Origin: an uncultured bacterium | Lineage (GTDB): Bacteria; Chlamydiota; Chlamydiia; Chlamydiales; SM23-39 | Length of the DNA stretch: 53,401 nt | Direction of reading: 5' to 3' | Assembly (NCBI GenBank): GCA_964415395.1 | Contig: CAYPZU010000004.1 | Location: 1,287-54,687, forward strand | Shown here: piece after piece, positions 1-8,662 of the stretch | Position numbering within the stretch: the stretch's first letter is position 1 | Layout: every line of letters starts with the position of its first letter | Position numbers and translations under genes: made by a program | Notes under the pieces: model-generated | Seen by the model: the letters and a program-made list of their open reading frames with translations, nothing else | Told to the model about the DNA's origin: nothing | The model's database searches: none

Positions 1-843
1 TCCACTTCTTCTTTTTGATCCAGCGTGACGATCCGGTCGACGAGAGGATGTTCTGGAGCGAGCACAAGATACGAGACGCCGAAAAGGGTGTCGGGACAAG
101 TGGTGAAGATGACGATCGGCTCATGGGTGCACTCTTCGACGAACGAGATCGCGGCGCCCTCGCTGCGTCCGATCCAGTTCGACTGGAGTTTTTTCAAATG
201 GTCGGGCCAGTCGAGCAGATCGAGATCGGCGAGGAGCCGGTCGGCATAGGCAGTGATCTTCAGGACCCACTGCTTGAGAGGCCTCCGCTCTACCGGATAG
301 CCCCCTTCTTTGGCTCTTCCATTCTCCACTTCCTCGTTGGCGAGCACGGTGCCGAGGGCGGGGCAGAAATTGACGTTGATCTCCGCCTCATACGCAAGCC
401 CTTTCTCAAAGAGTTTGGTGAAAATCCACTGCGTCCATTTGTAGTAGGTTGCGTCGCTGGTGGCGATTTCGCGGTCCCAGTCGTAGCTGAAGCCGAGCGA
501 CTCGAGCTGTCTCCGATACGTATCGATATTGGTTTTAGTCGTGATGGCGGGATGCGTCCCTGTGCGGATCGCAAACTGCTCGGCGGGCAGCCCGAAGCTG
601 TCCCATCCCATCGGATGGAGGACGTTGAACCCTTTCTGGCGCTTGAAACGGGAGATGATGTCGGTTCCCGTATATCCCGTCACGTGGCCGACATGAAGGC
701 CCGCGCCCGATGGATAGGGGAACATGTCGAGGACATAATATTTCGGTTTTTTCGGGTCTACAACCGACTTGAATGTCTTTTTCTCTTTCCAGATCTTCTG
801 CCATTTTTTCTCGATGGCACGGGGGTCGTATTTCGGCTTCATA
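1..843 (-). CDS. leuS: Leucyl-tRNA synthetase, N-terminal 281 codons (partial; continues beyond the window start)
   Basis: Absent from the ORF track because it runs off the edge. Minus-strand translation from ATG at 843 reads [89 protein letters not shown]... It has the class-I HIGH-type motif (HVGH) and the typical LeuRS N-terminus. The frame is open to position 1. Confidence 0.95.
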
Positions 844-1304
844 GTCTAATATTCAGTTCATTTTTCGACCGAGTATAGCACCGCGCGCAATTAGGTAGAA
901 GCGACGACCAGACACCCCCCTCCAATTCCACAGAGCCGCGAAACGCGCAGGAAAGAAAAAAATAGCAGGATGGCAGGATCTACAGGATAAAAAAATCTTA
1001 GATAAGCCGCGCACGCAGTAGCGCGGAAACTGCTCCCGGGAGGATCCCGCGAAGCGGGAACCTGGGAGCAGCCGGCGGCTGTTTATGGCGCAGAGCAATC
1101 CCTCCGTATGAGCGACGGAGGCGAACTCTAGTTCGACGAGGAGCGAGGAGGGATAGGGAGCGCATCTGCCGCGCACGGAGTAGAGCGGCGGTGTTATCTT
1201 GCGCGACCGGTGCTCAAAGGCAGAAACAGCCTCGGGGGACGCGGGGGTGCAGCGGGAGCGAAACCCCGTCGTCTAAATCCTGAATCTTTTTTCAGATTGC
1301 TGGA

Positions 1305-2861
1305 TTATTGGTGGTGGGAGAGGGCTTCGAGGAAGGAGGAGGTTTCGGAAGGGGGGATGTGGAGACGGCACCAGGAGCCTTTATTGACAAGGGCCAGGTA
1401 GAGGCCCCGCGACTCGTGGGCGCGCGACGAGAAGAGGAACCGCTTGGCCGTTTGGACTTTTCTGAGGAGCCATGCAAGCGCAGGTCCAAGAGAAGCGCGG
1501 ATCGGTTCGATAGCAGATTGGTGGGTGTGGTCGAATTCTTCGTCGAGCTCATGGCCTGAAGTTCCAGCGATCCCGTAAAGAACTGTTCGCTCGTGGGGAT
1601 AGACCATGACGTGGGGGTTGGCTCCGGGCACGGGGACGGAGGGGGCATGGTATTTGATGTAGTCGATGGCGACTTTGTTTCGGGGAGCCTGGTAGCCCAG
1701 ATGATATTGCCCGAGCTTGCTCAGCTTGTCCTGGGTCGAGTCGCGGATCGTGAGGCGGACTTCCGATCGGCTCTTTTGAACTCTCCGGTTGAACGCTTCG
1801 ATTTCGTCTCTGGAAACGCCCGGTCCGTTGAAAAGATAGGCATGCCGGATCCGGTTATGCCTGTCGCGCGCGACGGCGAACTGCGCCTGCGTCGAGCCGA
1901 GGCTGTGTCCGGCCACGATCGGGATGTTGAACAGACGGTCGAGAATCGGCTGGTAGGCGTCGCCTGAAATAAAGCTCGACTCGCCCAGGTTTTCCTCAAG
2001 GTCGGTGATTAGCGTGGAAAGGGCGTCGACCTCGCCGCTGCGGAAGGCGGAGCCGCGGTAGAGGCGGACCGGTTCAAGGTTTGTATTTTGCGTAGCGGGC
2101 AGCAGGACATAGCTCACCATCCCCTCCCCTGTTACGACTTTAGCCGCGACATAATAAAATTGAGGCGAGCCGGAGGGATGCGGCGGAGCGGGAAGAATCG
2201 TGCCTACGTCCATTTCCCGCTTTACGACGTTGACCGCCATGTTGTGCATGAAAACGGCAAAGTCGTGGCGGGTATGATTCTCGACGAGCTGCAGCCGTTC
2301 CCGGTCAGCCTGGAACGGGTCATGAACCAGCCTTCCTACCCGTTCGACGCAGCGCCCGGTAATTCTTCCGGCAATTCTCTCGACGCGCCAATCGAACGGG
2401 CTGGCCAGCGCCCTGCGGACAGAATTGAAGACAGAGGGTTCGAGGTCGGTGAATGTTCCGGCTTGCGAAAGCGGCTCGCGCCATTGCCTGTCGATCCAGG
2501 CAGGCCACTTGGAGGGATCCTGTTTTGCTTTTTCGATGAGCTCGTTGATGTCGTCCGCCGAGACGTCCTGGACGCCGATCGAGATCATCGCCGCGTGGCG
2601 GGAAAGGAAAGCCCCGCCCGATTTTTCGAGGTTCTCAAAATGGATCCCATAGCGGGTGCAAATGCGGGTGAGCCTCTCGGCTCCAAGAGTGTCTACTAAA
2701 TATTTTTTAAAGCATCTGATGGTGCGCCGGTTTTCTTCGGCATAGGCGCGGGGCGAAAAAAGCCAACTAAAAAATCGATTCGACCGGTCGATAGAGGCTT
2801 TTCCATCGCGGATGACCATCCGGTCGCTAAAAAAACGGCTGATATTGAGTGTTTCGGGCAT
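1305..2861 (-). CDS. Alpha/beta-hydrolase (lipase/esterase-like) protein, 518 aa, otherwise uncharacterised
   Basis: Long ORF with the nucleophile-elbow motif GHSLGS (..IPIVAGHSLGSTQAQ..). I recognise no other family signature. A TATAAT box lies just upstream. Confidence 0.6.
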   Translation of the reverse strand: MPETLNISRFFSDRMVIRDGKASIDRSNRFFSWLFSPRAYAEENRRTIRCFKKYLVDTLGAERLTRICTRYGIHFENLEKSGGAFLSRHAAMISIGVQDVSADDINELIEKAKQDPSKWPAWIDRQWREPLSQAGTFTDLEPSVFNSVRRALASPFDWRVERIAGRITGRCVERVGRLVHDPFQADRERLQLVENHTRHDFAVFMHNMAVNVVKREMDVGTILPAPPHPSGSPQFYYVAAKVVTGEGMVSYVLLPATQNTNLEPVRLYRGSAFRSGEVDALSTLITDLEENLGESSFISGDAYQPILDRLFNIPIVAGHSLGSTQAQFAVARDRHNRIRHAYLFNGPGVSRDEIEAFNRRVQKSRSEVRLTIRDSTQDKLSKLGQYHLGYQAPRNKVAIDYIKYHAPSVPVPGANPHVMVYPHERTVLYGIAGTSGHELDEEFDHTHQSAIEPIRASLGPALAWLLRKVQTAKRFLFSSRAHESRGLYLALVNKGSWCRLHIPPSETSSFLEALSHHQ

Positions 2862-2873
2862 AATTTAGCACTA

Positions 2874-2902
2874 ATTATACCCGATCTAGTTTTATAATTT
2901 AA
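2874..2902 (-). promoter_or_regulatory. Candidate sigma70/66-type promoter for the lipase-like gene (TTAAAT-17 nt-TATAAT on the minus strand)
   Basis: The minus strand reads TTAAAT tataaaactagatcggg TATAAT tagtgctaaatt ATG. The -10 box is perfect and the -35 is weak. The background is AT-rich, so a chance match is possible. Confidence 0.3.
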
Positions 2903-4770
2903 CTAGTACAGTTTCTTTCAACCCACTTGCCGTGAGACTTAATTAAATCTATTAATTTACGGTCTGCCTCGGCAAATGCGATATCTTTCTCAACGCAGGT
3001 TTTGCCGACGTAGAGGTCGATCATTCCGGGTTTGGAGCCGACGTAGCCGAAATCGGCGTCGGCCATTTCGCCTGGGCCGTTCACGATGCATCCCATGATG
3101 GCGATTTTCACGCCGGGAAGATGGGCTGTATTTTCGCGGATGCGCCTTGACACTTCCTGCAGATCGAAGAGCGTTCTCCCGCAGCCGGGGCACGAAATGA
3201 AATCGGTTTTCGTCGTGCGCATCCGGGCGCACTGCAAAAAGCTGAAAGAAAGGCGCCGGCGCGTCTCAAGAGGCGCGTTTCCGAGAAGGCAGACTCCCTC
3301 CGCAAGATTGTCGCATAAAACAGTTCCGTATTCCGATCCCGCGAAGATCGGAAGGTCTTCTTGAGAACAGTCATAAGAATACGCAAGAATCAGAGGAATC
3401 GGACTGCTTTGAAGCCGGTCGGCAAGCTTCCTCGTCTCGTGGATCGGAGAGCGGTTCGGCTGAAAGACGATAAAAGAGGGATTAAGTTTCTCGATCTGTT
3501 CGAAACTCTCTTCGGAATGGAGCAGGATCGCGTCGCCAGCCGCTGCCTCGGAAAGGCGGGCCAGTCGGATGGCTCCCGGAAAAGTTTCGGGAGAAAGAAT
3601 GCCGATCCCCGCATCTATCAGGCGAGAGAGGATTTGGCGGGAGGGAGCGTCTTGCGGAATCGCGTCGAGCCAGAGCAGATCGGGCGTGTCGATTCCCTTC
3701 TCGGGGCGTCCAAGCTGCGCTTTGCAGCCGATCTCATCGTAGAAGGAAGGTTTCAGGAGATCCGCAGTCTCGATTTTAAGGAGGGCAGTTCCGTCCCTGT
3801 GGAAAAACGGAGGAAGGGCGGTTTTCCGTTTTGAGAGCTGGGAAATATCCCGTTTTTCTGCGAAAGGAGCGATCCCTTTTTCCTCGTGTTCTTCAAAGCA
3901 GCGGACGAGGCGGCGGCATGGATCGATTTCGGCCCACGGATCTTCCGTAAGCGAGACGCGGATGGTGTCGCCGATTCCGTCGAGCAGAAGAGCGCCGGTG
4001 CCCATCGCCGATTTCACCCGGCCGTCTTCCCCTTCACCAGCCTCGGTCACGCCAAGGTGGAGGGGATAGTTCCACCCTTCTTTCATCATTTCGGCGACGA
4101 GCAGGCGGTAAGCCTGCATCATGACGACGGGATTGCTCGCCTTCATGGAGAAGCAAAATTCATGGAAATCGTATTTGCGGCAAACGCGGGCGAATTCAAA
4201 CGCCGACTCGACCATTCCGCGGGGCGAATCGCCGTAGCGGTTCATGATCCGGTCGGAGAGAGAACCGTGGTTCGTGCCGATCCGCATCGCTTTTTTAAGC
4301 CGCCTGCATTTTTCAACCAGCGGAGCGAACGCCTCTTCGATCTTCTCGAGTTCCCGCGCATAGGCTGCGTCGTCATATTCGATCACCTTGAATGAGGCTC
4401 TCTTGTCGACGAAATTGCCCGGATTGATCCGCACCTTGTCGGCGAATTCGGCGACGAGCATCGCGGCGGGCGGATAGAAGTGAATATCGGCGACAAGCGG
4501 GATCGAATAGCCTTTTTTCAAAAGCCCGTTTTTGATCCCCTCGCAGGCTTCAGCCTCTTTTTTCCCCTGCACAGTGACGCGGGCGATTTCGCAGCCTGCG
4601 TCCGCGAGGCGAATGATCTGCCCGACCGTCGCTTCGACGTCGCGGGTGTTGGAGGTGGTCATCGACTGGATTCGGATCGGGTTGGATCCGCCGACGCCGA
4701 CGCCGCCTACTTTGATTTCGCGGGTTTTCCACCGCTTCGTCTGATGAATCGATTCACAGTATTTCAGCAT
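2899..4770 (-). CDS. ispG: 4-hydroxy-3-methylbut-2-en-1-yl diphosphate synthase, long form with an internal insert domain
   Basis: 623 aa. N-terminus ..KTREIKVGGVGVGGSNPIRIQSMTT.. and C-terminal Fe-S region ..CPGCGRT..GCIVNGPGE. The ~250-aa insert is typical of chlamydial/plant-type GcpE. Confidence 0.95.
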   Translation of the reverse strand: MLKYCESIHQTKRWKTREIKVGGVGVGGSNPIRIQSMTTSNTRDVEATVGQIIRLADAGCEIARVTVQGKKEAEACEGIKNGLLKKGYSIPLVADIHFYPPAAMLVAEFADKVRINPGNFVDKRASFKVIEYDDAAYARELEKIEEAFAPLVEKCRRLKKAMRIGTNHGSLSDRIMNRYGDSPRGMVESAFEFARVCRKYDFHEFCFSMKASNPVVMMQAYRLLVAEMMKEGWNYPLHLGVTEAGEGEDGRVKSAMGTGALLLDGIGDTIRVSLTEDPWAEIDPCRRLVRCFEEHEEKGIAPFAEKRDISQLSKRKTALPPFFHRDGTALLKIETADLLKPSFYDEIGCKAQLGRPEKGIDTPDLLWLDAIPQDAPSRQILSRLIDAGIGILSPETFPGAIRLARLSEAAAGDAILLHSEESFEQIEKLNPSFIVFQPNRSPIHETRKLADRLQSSPIPLILAYSYDCSQEDLPIFAGSEYGTVLCDNLAEGVCLLGNAPLETRRRLSFSFLQCARMRTTKTDFISCPGCGRTLFDLQEVSRRIRENTAHLPGVKIAIMGCIVNGPGEMADADFGYVGSKPGMIDLYVGKTCVEKDIAFAEADRKLIDLIKSHGKWVERNCTS

Positions 4771-4803
4771 GGGAAACAGTCTACGCCAAATCGATTTGGC
4801 GAT

Positions 4804-5487
4804 CTATTCAAAATTGATCTTATAGACTGCGCTTTCATCGGCGCCGAACGTATAGACCACGCGAGCTGTGTAGGAGATGTTCAGGCCGTCGACTACATCG
4901 AACCCCTCGTCTGTCTCTTTCGTGGCGTTTTTAATACGGCCCTGGACGCGGCACTCGACGGTTTCCGAGTTGAGCAGGCGGATCGATGCAGCTTCAGTCC
5001 CCCGGTTGAAAACGGGGCTCATCCCATACTTCGTTTGGAAGTCGGCCATAATCTGATTCATCAGGTCCGCCTTGGCGCGGTAGCTCCACGCCTGCAGAAG
5101 CGTTTCGGTCCGCTTCAGATCTTTGGCTGAAATCACATGGACTCTCCGAACAACGCTGCGCTGGGCCGCTTCTTCAGACAGCGATTCTTTGATATCTTCA
5201 TCGCCCAATCCCCAGGTCACATTTTCGCTTCTGGCCACGTCCGTCGTCCATGTCTTCGGCACGGCAACGATGGTATGATCGGCCAACGGAACCGGGATTC
5301 GCTCGGCATAGGGGCGCGTCGCCCGATTCAGGATTTCCAACACGTTCCTTGCGACCAAAAGCTCCTCCGAGCCGCTCGGATCGATCAGGATATATTCATC
5401 ATCCATCGGCGCCTCTGCATTCCGCTGGGAAAAGAGGAGCGAATAGACAAACGATAAACCGGAACGGGCATAAGATACTAAAGACAT
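4804..5487 (-). CDS. Hypothetical protein, 227 aa
   Basis: Clean ORF between ispG and the methyltransferase, with its own AT-rich upstream spacer. No recognisable motif. Confidence 0.55.
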   Translation of the reverse strand: MSLVSYARSGLSFVYSLLFSQRNAEAPMDDEYILIDPSGSEELLVARNVLEILNRATRPYAERIPVPLADHTIVAVPKTWTTDVARSENVTWGLGDEDIKESLSEEAAQRSVVRRVHVISAKDLKRTETLLQAWSYRAKADLMNQIMADFQTKYGMSPVFNRGTEAASIRLLNSETVECRVQGRIKNATKETDEGFDVVDGLNISYTARVVYTFGADESAVYKINFE

Positions 5488-5554
5488 GGAAACCTATTTT
5501 TGTTTTAAAACAGAATAAAGATAAACGTTAATTAAAACAATTATAACAAATTAT

Positions 5555-6124
5555 TTACTTCTTTATGTGAAGATAGCCTTCTGTCTCGCCCCAAGGATAG
5601 GTAAGAGGAAACGATTCGACCAAGGGGAGATGGGGGGCGTTCAAGGGCTCGCTGACCGAAACGACGCGGGCGCCGGGGGGGAGCTGTTTCATTTTTTCAG
5701 CGAGGCGGGCCACCTTCTCATCCGGAAGGCAGGTGCCATAGAGATACACAGCGGTCGCCTGGGAGAAATCGGCCTCCACCATCTCTTTGCATTCGAATGA
5801 AACGCGGTCGGATCCAGAGAGGAATGCAATGAGGCGGGCGAGGCGGACGAAGGAGGGAACCCATTCGACGCCAGTTGCCCTGCAGCCGGTAGAGAGGGCC
5901 ATCCAAAAACACCCCGCTCCCCTCCCCGCTCCGAGATCCAGCCAATGGTCTACAGGCGAGAGGCGGCATTTTTCAGCGATCGTCTCGAGAGCCGCAAAAG
6001 GAGTCTCTCCATAGCCGTAGATCTCTTTTTCGCCCCGTTTCTGCAAAAATTTCCGGCAGGCGCGGTAGGGATTGGAAAAGAGAGAGGCGAGAGAGAAAAG
6101 GAGACGCACTTTACCAATTGACAT
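5555..6124 (-). CDS. Class I SAM-dependent methyltransferase
   Basis: 189 aa with the SAM-binding motif I ..WLDLGAGRGAG.. It overlaps the upstream MBL gene by 14 nt, which looks like an operon. Confidence 0.7.
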   Translation of the reverse strand: MSIGKVRLLFSLASLFSNPYRACRKFLQKRGEKEIYGYGETPFAALETIAEKCRLSPVDHWLDLGAGRGAGCFWMALSTGCRATGVEWVPSFVRLARLIAFLSGSDRVSFECKEMVEADFSQATAVYLYGTCLPDEKVARLAEKMKQLPPGARVVSVSEPLNAPHLPLVESFPLTYPWGETEGYLHIKK

Positions 6125-7082
6125 AGGTTCCGATTTCGCCCGGAAGGAACGTCTCGCAGGGAACTTTTTCCCGTTTCATGGAGAGATAGAGATCGTAGGG
6201 AGGGCGGTCCATCGGCTCGTCGGAAAGGCGGAAAGTGTTCCAATGCATTCCCAGACTGAAGCGCGACTTAACCTCTTTGTGAATCAGGACAGCCTCTTCA
6301 GGCCCGATATGGACCGGCTTCATAAAGACTTCAGGAGAATAGGTGCCAATAGGAATCAGGCTTAAGTCCATATAGGGCCAGCGGTCTCCGATCGATTTGA
6401 ATTCGAAGGGATTATAACCCGTGTCTCCGACAAAATATAGCCTTTTCTCCGGACGTTTTGTTTCGAGGACGTATCCGTTCCAGTGGGTTTTGTTGAAATC
6501 CCAAAGCGTCCTTCCGGAAAAATGCTGGCTCGGCACGGCGGTGATCTGGCAGCGGGGCGTCCGGAACGATTTCCAGCGCTCCAGTTCGGTGACCTGGGCG
6601 ATTCCCCTTCTTTTGAACCAGCGGGAAAGCCCTTCCGGCACAATCCACTCGATCTGGGGGTGGAACCTCTGGAGCGCAGCGACCGTTTTATGGTCGAGAT
6701 GGTCGTAGTGGTTGTGGCTGATGAGGACGATATCGATCGGAGGAAGATCGGCCAGAGGGATGGCCGGGTCGATGAGCCGCTTGAGGCGGGAGAACGGGAC
6801 GGGCGAGCAGTAGGATTCCCAAACAGGATCGGTGAGGATGAAGAGGCCGTCGATTTCAATCAGGAAGGTGCTATGCCCGATCCAAAGAGCCGAAGGCTGG
6901 GTCCGGTCGTACGGCTTGATCTGGGCGGGATAGGCGAAATCGGCAGGAGGAGGCGTCCTCGGAACGGCGTCTTTGTAAAAGCCTGTTTTCCAAAGAAATA
7001 GATCGCGGAAGCCGCGCCGCGGATTGCGCAGGTGAGGGTTGACATACCGTTTTCTTTTCATCTGATTCTCATTCCAAAACAT
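6111..7082 (-). CDS. Metallo-beta-lactamase-fold hydrolase, NAPE-PLD-like
   Basis: 323 aa. Has the HxHxDH metal motif (ISHNHYDHLD) and an overall architecture like the N-acyl-phosphatidylethanolamine phospholipase D / MBL family. Confidence 0.8.
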   Translation of the reverse strand: MFWNENQMKRKRYVNPHLRNPRRGFRDLFLWKTGFYKDAVPRTPPPADFAYPAQIKPYDRTQPSALWIGHSTFLIEIDGLFILTDPVWESYCSPVPFSRLKRLIDPAIPLADLPPIDIVLISHNHYDHLDHKTVAALQRFHPQIEWIVPEGLSRWFKRRGIAQVTELERWKSFRTPRCQITAVPSQHFSGRTLWDFNKTHWNGYVLETKRPEKRLYFVGDTGYNPFEFKSIGDRWPYMDLSLIPIGTYSPEVFMKPVHIGPEEAVLIHKEVKSRFSLGMHWNTFRLSDEPMDRPPYDLYLSMKREKVPCETFLPGEIGTYVNW

Positions 7083-7216
7083 AATGTTTTTTTAATTATC
7101 GACAACAGTTTCAATGAGAATGTTCATACAGAGAAACTTAAATTAATTATTTATAGCCAGGGGATTTTTAAAAGCTGATCTGCTATGATCGACTTTAATC
7201 CCAGAAGTACATTTTT

Positions 7217-8662
7217 ATGAAAAACTCCGCCCTCACCCGGTATCCGGCAGGGAGCGTCAGGGAACTTTGGTCGATTTCGCTTCCCCTGATGATCTCCACG
7301 CTCGCGCTTCTGTTCATGATCTTCACGGACAGGATCTTCCTTGCGCGCTACTCGCTTGACGCGCTGAACGCCAGCGTCAATGCGGGGACGCTCGCGTGGG
7401 CCTTCATGGCAGGAATCGGAATGATCACGGCCATGTCCGAAGTTTTTGTCGCCCAATATAATGGAGCGAAACAATTCCATCGGCTCGGCACTCCGGTGTG
7501 GCAGATGATCTGGCTTTCCCTGGCTTCGTTCGCCGTGTTCATCCCGCTTGCGATTTGGGGCGGCCCCTTGATTTTCTCCGGAGATCGGCACGCAGAACTC
7601 CAGATCGTCTATTTCCGCTGGCTGGTGATCTTCAGCCCCGCCTACGCTCTTTTGACCGCCCTGGCCGGATTCTTCATTGGAAGGGGCAAAACGAAAATGA
7701 TGATCGGACTGGCGATTGTAGCGAATATGATCAACATCCTGATGGACAGGATTTTGATCTTCGGCGTTCCGGGCTGGGTTCCCGAGATGGGGATCCAGGG
7801 GGCCGCTATCGCCACCTGCTTCGGCTATATGTTCGAATCAGCCGTTCTCCTCTATCTCTTTTTGAAAAAGGAAAACCGCGAGGCCTTTGGAACAGGGAAT
7901 TGGCGGCTCGATTGGGCGGAGATGAAAAAGTGCTGGAAAATCGGAGTGCCGCAAGGCATCTTCTGCGCGCTGGAAGTCCTGGGGTGGACAGTCTTCTTCT
8001 GGATGATGACAGCTCTCAGCGAGAAACACATCACGATTTCAAGCATCTGCCAGAGTTTTGCGATTCTCCTCTCGTTTTTCTGCGAGGGGTTGAGCCGGGG
8101 CGCGGCTGCGGTGGCGGGCAACCTGATCGGCGCCAGACAGCATCGCTACGTAAATAAAGTGCTCCGCTCGGGGGTATTCCTCCTTCTCTTTTTCTCCCTG
8201 GGCACTTCGCTCTTTCTGGTCGTCGACCCGATGGACACGGTGCGCGTCCTCTTCTTCGAGCATTTCCGCTCCGAGACGTTCGACGCGGCGCTGATGGAAT
8301 CGCTGCGCGTCTGCATGATTTTTACATTCATCTATATGTTCTTCGACGGGCTGCGATGGGTCTTTTCAGGCCTTCTGGTAGCGGCGGGCGATACGCTGTT
8401 TCTTTTGATTGTCGGATCTTCGTCTGTTTGGGTGTTCCTGCTGGCCCCCGTCTATTTCATCGTGGTGCGCCACTCCCTGCCAGTGGAGTATGCGTGGGGG
8501 CTGACAACTCTTTACAGCGCTCTTTTTTTCCTGGTCTATTGGATCCGCTTCAAGCGGGGAGCGTGGCAGAAGATCGATCTCGTTACGCCGGCTCAGGAAG
8601 AAAATGAAGCAGATAGCTCGTTTCCACAGCCCGCACCCATGCCTCTCGAGGAACCTGAGTAA
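7217..8662 (+). CDS. MATE-family multidrug/toxin efflux transporter
   Basis: 481 aa with about 12 hydrophobic segments. N-terminus ..RELWSISLPLMISTLALLFMIFTDRIFLARYS.. is typical of NorM/MATE. Confidence 0.85.
   Translation: MKNSALTRYPAGSVRELWSISLPLMISTLALLFMIFTDRIFLARYSLDALNASVNAGTLAWAFMAGIGMITAMSEVFVAQYNGAKQFHRLGTPVWQMIWLSLASFAVFIPLAIWGGPLIFSGDRHAELQIVYFRWLVIFSPAYALLTALAGFFIGRGKTKMMIGLAIVANMINILMDRILIFGVPGWVPEMGIQGAAIATCFGYMFESAVLLYLFLKKENREAFGTGNWRLDWAEMKKCWKIGVPQGIFCALEVLGWTVFFWMMTALSEKHITISSICQSFAILLSFFCEGLSRGAAAVAGNLIGARQHRYVNKVLRSGVFLLLFFSLGTSLFLVVDPMDTVRVLFFEHFRSETFDAALMESLRVCMIFTFIYMFFDGLRWVFSGLLVAAGDTLFLLIVGSSSVWVFLLAPVYFIVVRHSLPVEYAWGLTTLYSALFFLVYWIRFKRGAWQKIDLVTPAQEENEADSSFPQPAPMPLEEPE

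Noticed and set aside
15-878. 287-aa plus-strand ORF at the left edge
   Set aside because: It lies antisense to a textbook LeuRS N-terminus on the minus strand (843 down to 1). Its composition (Arg/Gly/Asp/Glu-rich) is typical of a shadow ORF in GC-rich DNA.
880-1300. Specific identities for the structured spacer: tmRNA, RNase P RNA, SRP RNA or a T-box leader for leuS
   Set aside because: I checked each by eye:
- tmRNA: there is a GGAGGCG..AGTTCGAC stretch, but no G3:U70 pair, no T-arm GGTTCGA..TCC, no terminal CCA and no ..LAA tag frame.
- RNase P: GGAAAGTCC, GGTAAGAG and ACAGAA.CCGGCTTA are all absent.
- SRP: only AGCAGCC matches, with no GGAA tetraloop context.
- T-box: there is no AGGGTGGTACCGCG-like box on the leuS strand.
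It is kept only as an unassigned candidate RNA.
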